This document shows positions 25,073-35,545 of a DNA stretch of 45,862 bases, in pieces; positions within the stretch are counted from its first letter, which is position 1, and every line of letters begins with the position of its first letter. Position numbers and translations under genes: made by a program. Source of the DNA: Chromera velia (taxonomy: Eukaryota); NCBI GenBank assembly GCA_018398765.1, contig JAHBMJ010000507.1, positions 1 to 45,862 on the forward strand, in the 5' to 3' direction. The notes under the pieces are model-generated. The model did no database searches. It saw only the letters and a program-made list of their open reading frames with translations, and was not told where the DNA came from.

Positions 25073-25602
25073 GATAGGGGTCTAGAATTGTTATCACAAC
25101 ACCCTATGAAGGGGCGTTGTCGGCTTTGCGTCTATATAGCGCCTCGGGGGGGGGGCGTCGGCCTCCGGCCGATGGCTATATACAACGTCCCTGCAGGGGT
25201 GTAGCATGTTGTAAGTAGGCGTTAGGAGAGCGCTTTCCACGGCAATGGACGGGCGTTCAAAAGCTGTTTCATTCAGACATGTATACCAATAAAGACCTTC
25301 TTCTATCTTCTTTCACAACAGATAAGAATGAATGAATCATGTTTAATTTTGATTTAACAACTAGATTTTGATATATTAAAGGGTGTGGGCTGATACATAT
25401 TCGTGAGTTTAGCTCAATTTTTTGTCAATGAAGGATAATGAAGGGGTGTAGCCTGTCTAAGACCTAATACATATAACACAACGCCCTAGGGGCGTTGCCC
25501 CTTGGGCAAAACGCCTTTATATACAACGCTTTCAAGGCGTAGCCCCTCGGCACGTCTCTATATACTACGCCACCCCCCCCCCCCCATATCTAAACCCCTA
25601 TC
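25073..25602. mobile_element. Non-autonomous DNA transposon (MITE), 530 bp, 14-bp terminal inverted repeat (TIR), 6-bp TSD
   Basis: Left end GATAGGGGTCTAGA (25073-25086) and right end TCTAAACCCCTATC (25589-25602) match 13/14 as an inverted repeat. TACTAG lies on both flanks (25067-25072, 25603-25608). Subterminal palindromes are present and there is no ORF. Confidence 0.85.
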
Positions 25603-26415
25603 TACTAGGCTATAACGTGTGTGCTGAGCACATACTAAGATTAAAAAAGAACAGTTTAATAACTGACATTACATTTCTTTTGTCAGCCTTTTGGAATTGT
25701 ATGCTAAAAAAACATGAAACCACCAAGAAAGGCGTTCGATCGTCATCTGATCCCATCGCTTTCAAACAAGTGGCTTCTAGAATTGATACTCTTGATCATT
25801 CGTACATACTTCCTCCCTAGCTTCCTCCTTCTCGACAGGTGTGACTGAGGTGTCCATGCTGCATTCTCCCACCCTCTCAGTGCCCGCGTACCCTACAGAG
25901 TTCATCTCTTGATCGCAGTGCCACTCACTGACTTCCTCTCCCCTTCTGTCGAGCACGCAACAGACATTGACTGCATTCAGTCAGCCAAACAGCCTGCCAG
26001 CCAGGCGCACGATCATTCACTTTCTCACTCCCGTCGGACGCGAAGTCCGTCCGCTTTCAGACCAATTAACGGGCAATGTCATATTATTAGTCGCAGTGTG
26101 CCTGCGTTTGCATTTCTTACGTTGAGTGCGGGGCCAAACATCCCATCGGGAACCGACGGACCGAAGCAAACGATGTTCAAAGAAGACCAACCGAGTAATC
26201 AAAGTCGGACACGGTGCACGCAATCGAAAGAAGACAACGTGAACGAGCCAACAGACGAAGAAACGGACTCAATTTTGCATGCACGTTACGAAAAAAACGA
26301 GCACACATCAAAGGGATTTAAGGGACTGATGGGTGTGACAACGACACAAAAAAGCGATTTGTCACGCTGGCATTCACCCTGTCGTGTTTCGACCAAGTCA
26401 GCGAAAGAGAGAGAC

Positions 26416-26448
<33 letters not shown>

Positions 26449-26861
26449 AAGCAAAAGAGAAAGAAACCAACAGCCATCCCTCCATCAACAGAACGATGTC
26501 CGGGTTCGCCTGCACCTCACCATTCGTCTTTTTTCGTTTCCCATCCGGGGTGCATGGGAGGGACCTTTTATTTCTTTCCTTGTCCAGAGCCCCCGCGACA
26601 TTCTTCTCTACCTCCCTTCACGAGAGTTCCCCCAGCCCTGCCGGACAGACTTTCCGGGGCCCTCCTCCGTCTCTCGCTCTTAATTTTCTCCAGCTGTCCG
26701 GTGCCTTCCACCTCCACCAGAACACCTGGAGAAAATCAAGGAGTGGAAATGTTTCATGCAGCAGCCTTTCTTCGCAAAGACAGCGAGGCACTTGCAGGCA
26801 GGAGACAATTTTAGTCTGCTTGTGGAATCTGCCTGTGTGTGGGGGGGGGAGGGGGGGGGGN

Positions 26862-26892
<31 letters not shown>

Positions 26893-27001
26893 CTCACGGA
26901 AACTGATCAAAGAGAGGAAGGCCTCGGTCACCTGCCTGTCTGCTTTCCTGCGCATGTCCACACCTTTCCGTTCTGAGCATTCAGCTTGTCTCGACTTCGA
27001 G

Positions 27002-27037
<36 letters not shown>

Positions 27038-27602
27038 GCAGAGACACGTAATAAACATTGCTTGCAGCAGCATCGTCTTCGGCGGTGAGGAGCAAAAGCG
27101 GCGCAGCCACAATGCCAGTGCGTATGTAGTGCACACGTGTGTGAGAAAGCGTGTGTGGAAGAGACAAAGACAAAGATGCGAGTTGAAATGCTAAACGACA
27201 GAGGAGAAGAGTGGCGAGTCTGTTTCTTTGGTCGGTTTGAGAGAGTCCCTCCTGCTTGTTGCCCCTCCGTATTCTCTGCAGAATCGCCCCCTCTCTTCTC
27301 CCCCGACTCCTCTTTTCTTCTGGGTGTGTTCGTTCTCACAGCATGGAGGCGGAAACAGAGGCAGAATAGCGTAAAAGGGCACACAAAAAAAGTCCCCAAA
27401 TACTCAGGCAGCGAACAACGGGGAATGACCGAATCGGCAGCTTCACTCTCTCTCTCTCTTTCTGCCCAGCCCATGATCACCACGACAGCAAAGACAGGAC
27501 ACACAGAAGGCTAGGAATGAAGGAATGGAAAGAATGCATGTCTAAATCAAGGCTGGCAGAGAGAACCTCCCATCGACGGATGGATCGGGCAGAACTCACA
27601 CA

Positions 27603-27653
<51 letters not shown>

Positions 27654-27958
27654 GAAACTGGCGAAAGATTACAGGTGGAACGAGATGAAGAAAACGGAGT
27701 CGGATGCGACAATGGACGGACGGGAGAGAAGAAGCGATTTTTCTTCAGCAACAGCTCTTCACTTTTGATTTTGCTCCTTTTTTTCTTCATGTCTTTCTCT
27801 TTGTCGATTCCCTTCTTTTGACCATGTGTTCCGTCCATTCCTTTCCTTCTATACTTACACACTGCGTAGGGCCGATCTGACAAACGCAGTGGAGTTTTTA
27901 TTTACGGTAAGCACCAACATGCGGACGGAAATGCGCAACGCATATACACACACACACG

Positions 27959-28003
<45 letters not shown>

Positions 28004-28725
28004 ACTCACACAAACAGAGAGAGGGAGAGAGACAGACACACACGCAGAAAGAGGAAATGTGAAGGTCTAAAGGCCTAAGGGTCCATTCTGGCCAGAACGG
28101 GAGGTAGATGTGAATCGAAAAGACGCATCCGCACCCTTCAACCCACCCATCCGCCCCCGCAACGCAGCCTTTTTTCTCCCTCTGTTTCTCTTTGTCGGTA
28201 GTGCGGCGGTGACTGAAACATTCCGTCCTTCTCCTTCGCGTTCGCTTTTTCTCGCGCCCTTCTTTTCCTTCCGCGCCGACTGAAAGACACACGCCCCCCC
28301 CCCATCACATCCCAGCAACAGAACAGGACAGGGCACAGCCTTGCACTGTGCAATGCAGCGAAACAAGAAAGAAATGCAGAGAGAAAGGGCGTTCCCCCCA
28401 GGAGGCGACAAACGCTGCATGTCCCTTCGTGTCGCTGCCCTCCCTCCCTCCCTCCCTTTTTGATGCCCTCTTCCATCAGTCAGCCAGTCCGTGAAAATGC
28501 AAACAAAAATGGAAAAGTCACTGGCCAATCAACGCGTACAGGGACAAATGCAGGAAGAGAAACAGAGTAAGAGAGACAGGGAGAAGAATGGCACACGAAC
28601 GAAATGTGACTGCACTCACGAACACAAACAAAAGGGCAAAGACACACACACACACTCCCACCCTCCCTACCTCCATCCCGATGCATCATACACAGCAGTC
28701 ACAAAGAAAGAAAGAAAGAAACCAA

Positions 28726-31711
28726 TCAGGTCCAATCATCATCACTCCCGCTCCTTCTCTGCACACTGCCTTTCGTCGGGCGAGAGGAAGGCGATGGCGG
28801 GGCTTCGGTGCTGCCCGGCAGAGAGCCAGACGCCATCCCGTCCCCTTGCGTCGGTTTTCTATCCGAATACCTTCCTCGAATTCTCCCCGCCTCCCCCCAC
28901 TCTCTTTCATCCTCTGCACCCGACAACAATTCCTCTTCCTCCTCATCATCGCTGCCTCTTAGGGAAGAGGAACTTCGAGACCCCTTTGGTGGTCTATGCC
29001 CCGGTTCCGAGTCACTCCAGTCAGAGTCTCCGTCTTCAGGGAGAGGATCTTGCACGGGCATCCACGCCCATGCTCCTGCTCTGTCCTTCAAAAACTGCAG
29101 TGTGTCAGACTGAGCCGGTGTGCGAGAGGCAGAGGCTGTGGTAGGAGCTGAAGAGACGGCGAGAGACTGCTTCGTCTCTCCATCAATGGCCTCCTCCTCC
29201 CGCCCTTCCCGAGCCCCCCGTTGTACTTCCTGTTCTCTCTCTCGCAAAGCCTGTTGAGACATGTCGGGACCGGATCCGAACAGGAACACAGGCTTACCCA
29301 TGGCGTTCAGAAGATGAAACATGTCCCACGCCCCGTCTTCTCTTGCTGCTGCCAGTGCCTGCTCGTACGTACAGATTTTTCCCTTCTCACGGAGGTAAAA
29401 GAAGACGTGGGGCTGCAGGATCAAAAGGAAGAGACAATTAAGACACCCGATCTGGAAGGCAGGCAGGCAGGCAGGCAGACGAACGGGATAGACAAACGGG
29501 ATAGACAAAACAGAAAAGCGAATGCGTATCCCATCCCTTTCTTCCCAAAGAAGTGTGCATGATGGGTTGACAAGACCATCCCACGTTTTTTCACCTTCAC
29601 TGCCTTCAGTCACCGACCAAACTAAGACCCCCAAATAGCCTCTGAAGAAAAACAAAAAATAAGCACATGCCCAAAGAAAAAGACATCCATGCCAAAGGAG
29701 GAAGAGGGAACCAAATGCATGCCATCTGAGGGGAACAAATCAAACGTCCATCGACGAAAGAAAAAAGACCCCCTCCCAGCTGGAGACTCTTCTCACCCCC
29801 TCCCTTCCTTCCTGACTGACTGACCGACCTGAGTGCCCCTGATGGACTCTAGGATTGCCTTCTCGTGTCGGACCCCCTTGTCAGTCAGCCACTCGACTAA
29901 GTGGAGGTGTCCCTTTCGGGAGGCAATGCACAGACAGACGTCCTGTAACTGCATGTGCTCGAAATTGCAGGACAGGCCACCCATCGAACTGCACGTTCAC
30001 AAAAAGAAAAAGAGGTGGAAAGAAAAGAGCATGAACGGCTCATTCCTGAAATACAAAGAGAAGAAAGAAACGAAAACAAAAGAGCGATGCGTCCCAACTT
30101 CCTCAACCGCCTCTCTATCCGACTGACTCTTCCTCTCATTTTCTCTCCTGCCCTCTCTGTATGTCTCTCTGTGTGCATGCCCTCACTTCGTCTGGACTCC
30201 TTGTTACCCTCACCCATTCCGCCCTCACTGAAGACCACTCGAGTGACTTTCTCCCGGACACTCAAAGCGCCTCCAGGAAAGAAAACATCAAATTCTCCTT
30301 ACTTGATTGGTTTTTTTCTTTCCACTTTTCTTTCTTTCCTTTTTTCTTTTCTTTTCTTTCTTTCTTCCTTCCTTCCTTTCTTTCGTCCTTCCTTCCTTCC
30401 GTTCTTTCTACTCTAACTGGCTGACGTCAGAGTAATTCTCTCCTGGACATGCATTCCCTCGCCTGGTTGGCCCAACCACTCCAAGAGCTCCACCTTGCCT
30501 GCAAACGCCGCGCCCGCAAGGAGACCCTTCGCCAGTTCCCATCTGCATAAATTCATGCACGCATTCAGACAGCAAGGGCACAAAAGGGCTCACAAACAGA
30601 CGGACTCTCACTCCTTCCCTCTCTCTCACACACACCCTCACACACAGAGGACTCAGACGCGCGCGGGCACACACGCAGAGGAGAGAGAGAGAGAGCCTCT
30701 GCCTGACCTTTTCAATCCGTTGGTATCATCCGGATGGTCTGGCGGTCTCACTTGAAGATAAGTGCGGAAGCTCTTGAGGGTCCATTGGACGTCCTTGGAG
30801 AAACCCAACAGCGCGGTCTGCAGGCAGGAGAGCGGGAGGGACGCAAGGAAGATAGACAGGGGGGGGAGGGGGAAGGAAGGAAGGAACAAATCAACAAACT
30901 CGAGGTGGATGCAATAACAAGACTTGAACAAAATGTGCCTTCCTTCCTTTTACCTTCCTGCGCTCTCTCGTGTATTGTCTCCCTCCTTCCTCTCCTCAAA
31001 GCGCTAACCGCATGAATTCTTTCAATTCTAAGGGGAGATCGAAATCAAAGCTGATCCCGAACAGCACTGGAAGGTCAGAGTGAGAACATCACATCACATT
31101 TCACAGTGTGCATAGATTCAATCGATAGATATTAATAGATGAGTCAAAGAGGACGGACATGGAATCCGAAAGCGTAGACCCGAAAGGGGCGCTCGATGTG
31201 CTCCTCAGGGGGATACCTGCACCATGCATGCCAACCATCCATTCAACCACTTAGTCAGTCTATCACGCGGTCAGTTGCTCACTCTCTTACTCAGAAACTC
31301 GCGCACGCAGTCGGTCCTGCAGACAGTCAGTCACTTAGGAACTCGCTCAGTGAGTCAATCAGAGAATGAATGAATCAGTCAATCAACCAGTGACCATTTC
31401 CGTCCCTCGTTCATGCTCTCACCCCAACTTTATCGACAGTCACAGATAGAAGCACAATCACCAAGCAAAATCACGGTGGAACAAGATGAAACTAACTCGT
31501 GACGAGAACTGAATGTTCTTCAGGAGGGAGGGGGGCAGGCAGGCAGGCAGGCAGGAAAGCAGATAGACAGCCAAGCCAAGCAGACAGACAGACACTCTCC
31601 TGATGCCTGCAGGCAGGCAGGTGAAATGCTCTTGAGAGATATCAGTCGATTCACCCATGCAGATATCTGGGCGGGCAGGCACACAGAGGGTTCTCTCTGT
31701 CTCTCTTCCGT

Positions 31712-31749
<38 letters not shown>

Positions 31750-34123
31750 CTTTTTCCCTCAGGATATTTCTCCTGGATCGCCGTCTGGAAGGATCTGCTT
31801 GGTATGTATTCTCTGCCCGAGTCGCCCTTCTGCAAACGTCAGGAGAGGAAAGAACAGCTGTGAACGCAAGGGAAGGAAAGTGCGATCAGGGAGGAAAAGA
31901 TTTGACTGATTGAACTTCTGTTGGTGAATTCTAAAAGCACGAAATGCAAGCACTACACGGAAGCAAACAGGCAGGCGCCCCTTCTCCCCCTTGTGACTTC
32001 CTCGATAGCGCTCCCCTCTTCAGAAATGACGTGACAGACAAAGCGTTTTTTGTATTCTTATGAGGGGAAACGACCGCGCGTGGAGGCCATCAGGCAGGCA
32101 GACTAATAGAGGGACACACCTAGAACCACATAGAGGGACGGACCGAGAAGGATGGGGGGTTCCGCACGTAGGACAGCAAGGTTTTTTTAATGTTAAAATA
32201 GTCGGGCGCCTTGTAGATTGCCAGAAGTCTGCAGTAACAGACAGAGCAATAGACAGACAGGTTGTTTGAAAGAACATCGAGATGGACGCGTACGTCGTCA
32301 GAGAGAAAGAGAAAGACCTCTCCGTGGGGAAGAGAGAAACCACTGCAGTTAGACGAGAAGATTTCGGTTGGGTTGACTCGAGTTGAGTGAGGCTTAGAGA
32401 GAAACAGACATGGTAGGAAAACAGGAATTGGACAAAGAAAAACACAAAAACGGAAAAACCACAAGACGCCATAATCAATCACCAACCTACTCACTGACCC
32501 AAAATGATTCCCATAAATAATGCCATCGTAAAGGGGCCCTCTGTAGAATTGCTGCGAAATTTTTGGAGAGGGAGAGGAAAGAGACAACACGATGAATTGT
32601 GTCGCAAGAAAGGATAGGAAGGAAGTCTTTCTCTCTCTCTCTCCCTCCAACAAGAAAGAGGGCAAAACACATGGATTCACGAGGGCATACACGAATGGAA
32701 CAAGGGATTTAAGATACAGTCCGTGCGTTCTTCCCTTCCCATGCGGTCTCCTCTCTTCCCTTTTTCAAAATGATTTCTCACTGCTGCATCCACAAAATCG
32801 GTCGCCTTCCCTCCCTCCCTCAACCCCTTTCTCTGGCCGGTGCGTGTGTGGGAGGGGAAAGAGAAAGGGCGATTGTGAGGGAGGAGACAACCCCTTTCTT
32901 AAGTAGTTCGGTTTGCTCACAGAAAGCGGAGGCGTGGCTTCATTCTTTCTTTCCTTCCTTCTTTCTCAGTCCGCCCGCTGTCTATTCTTCTTTTTTATCT
33001 ATGCACTAATCTAGAAGACTGACTGACAGTCTGAGAGAGTCCCTGCTCCCCGCTTTCACAGATTGCTTTGAGGGCGTCGATGAACCTCCTGTCCCCCTGC
33101 CGGCCTGCCTGGTAGAGCAGCCACCCAAGAAGGTTCGTGGCCTGCTTCAACGGGGTGCTGCACACACACACACATACACACACACACACACACGCACCCA
33201 TGTATGTATATATGTTTATGAATGTGAGAGAGAGAGAGAGAGTGAGAGAGAGAGAGAGATCCATGCATGCAAAGCTGCTCGAGGAAGTTCGTCATCTTCA
33301 TCAGAGAGGCGCTACGTGAAATGAGGTGTAAAGCCTTGAGGGCAGGCGGCCCCACTCCTCGCTGAATGAAGGCGATGGAGAGAACGAAGTGGAGTGGACA
33401 CATGAGATAGATGCATGGCCGGTCCGTCTCTTCCCTTGACAGAAAAGTCGGAGGCTGCCCACCTACCTGTCTGGATGTCTGCCGACTGTTGATCCGTTGA
33501 AAACTTGAATTTAGAGGAAGAAGAAAAAAACTCTCATAGACACAATCACAGTCTCAATACAAAAAAAATGAAGTCTGAATTCTTCTTTGACCGACCGACC
33601 CGTCCTGAGTGGGGAGATCCATTTTATCGATGAATCTGTTCAACTTCATCAGTGGGAGCATTCTCTCGAACTCCGTCACGTTCCCTGCCTCCATCAATCC
33701 TCTCAACAGACCCAACGCCCCGTACATCCACACCTGGGGCTGTCCAAGCTGGAAGAACACCCTCCTTCCGTCCTCAGCCTCATACGCAGAGTTCCCTTGC
33801 TGAGAAAACAAAAAAAGAAACGAGAAAAAGATGAGAAGATGGAAGAAGGCGTGCCCATCGGACTCGTCGTGCGGAAATTCCTGTCCCTATCTGCTCACAA
33901 CTCTCGCGCCTTTCCTGGCCTCGAAAAAAGATGAGACAAGGCAACACAAGAAAATTAAGGCAGTACAGCAGGGCAACCACTTGCAAATCTCTTGCTGATA
34001 ATCCATCTCTGTACAATTGCAGGGAAGCAGGCATTTCGCCCATCCCGCCCCCCTTCCCACCCCCCCAGATACACACTCAGAGACACAGGCACATACGTAC
34101 ACACACGCACACCACACACTCAC

Positions 34124-34157
<34 letters not shown>

Positions 34158-34200
34158 GCGCGCGCACACACACACACACACACAACACACACACACACAC

Positions 34201-34253
<53 letters not shown>

Positions 34254-34909
34254 GCACGCACGCACGCACGCACGCACGTGTACGCACTTCTCTCTCCCAC
34301 CTGTGCGGCATCAAGGAGACCCCACCCCTCTGCGGCCTTCTTCACATCGTCATCAGTCCCCTTCTTGCCGACAGTCTCGAAGAACGTGTAGCACTCTTTG
34401 AAGCACAGGTGGGGCCACCGGCTAGACGGGCCGTGTCTCCTATGGAGTCGCTGCTCCAACTGCAGATCGAGAAGGGACGAATATCGGGGGGGGGGGTTTC
34501 AAGTTGGACACTCTGACGCACGCACGCACACACATAGACACACAGGGCGGACACTGACACTCACATGCAGACAATCACACGCAGCACACGCACACACACG
34601 TACATGAACCCACACCCACACTCGTTATTTGATGCAGGCATGCACACAGAAAATCGAAGTTCAGAGCAACTGTGCCAAAACATACTGAAACGAGGAGAGA
34701 CACAAACAGGGAGAGTCTAGGTTGGTGGTCGCAAGACGTACCAGAGAGGGAAGACACAGAGACACACATGGTAGGCGACTTGGGTCAGACGGGTTGGGGG
34801 GGAAGAAGAAGGTAGGAAAGGCGTATATGAGAGAAGCAAGAGTCAGCGACCACAGGAAAATAACGCAGAAGAGGCCCGGAAGATGTATGGATGGCTTGTA
34901 ATACAACAT
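28726..34909 (-). CDS. Protein with degenerate short ankyrin-like repeats and a hydrophobic N-terminus, ~14 exons
   Basis: Exons 34909-34742, 34459-34301, 33799-33600, (33503-33467, 33311-33271 tentative), 33157-33028, 32551-32499, 32228-32168, 31829-31750, 31216-31180, 30817-30708, 30542-~30440 (donor uncertain), 29948-29829 and 29412-28726. Repeat-like segments: GAAFAGKVELLEWL, CIASRKGHLHLVEWLTDKG and ESIRGTQPHVFFYLREKG. The tail is acidic and Ser-rich. Confidence 0.65.
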
Positions 34910-35545
34910 ACCTCTGGGGAAAAAGAAGGATGCGCCATTGCAAAAAGACGCACGAAGAAAATTATTTGAGAAGCTCCACACACCCTCACAGGCTGCGGGC
35001 AGGGGGCAGCGGGTGTCAGTGCCCCGTTTCTGCTTCTCAAACCTTGCTAATGAAGAAAAGGAACTCTTTGCGTTGCTTTTTCTTCACTTGTTCTGCTTCA
35101 GCTCACAAACTGGCTGTCGCGAATGAAGCAGAGGAAAAGAGTCAACAACGACTTTTGATCCCTAAAATTCTGATCGACACGTTCAGACGGGTTCTTCAAG
35201 TGGGTACGTCTTCGTCGAGTCGCACATGACATCAGGAGCAGACTGAAATTTGTTGTCCGGAACATCTTGCATGTGGGGCACGTACACAATCTCGAGTCTC
35301 CACCACGAACTCCGTGCGATCATTCCTGCCGAGCTAGAGACTGCATGCGATTAATTCGATCTTGGACCTGCATGAACCAGCCCAATTCAATGCCACGTCA
35401 CTCAAGCAGAGGCTGCGAGAGAGCCATCACAGTTCTGCCTGGTTGGCAGGCTTCTTTGTCCTCCACTTGTTCAGTCCTCCAGCAGTCTACGTGTCCGCCT
35501 TTCTTTCCTGTCAGCTGCAATCGTTTGTTTCTAGTGCGTCAAAAA

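Noticed and set aside
26841..26887. Long poly-G run as a G-quadruplex element
   Set aside because: It contains an N (26861; similarly 18591), so its length and sequence are uncertain in the assembly.
25909..28700. 301-aa ORF 25909-26814 and neighbouring ORFs
   Set aside because: Non-ATG start, crosses a (CAGA)n repeat and has no recognisable domain. Probably non-coding.
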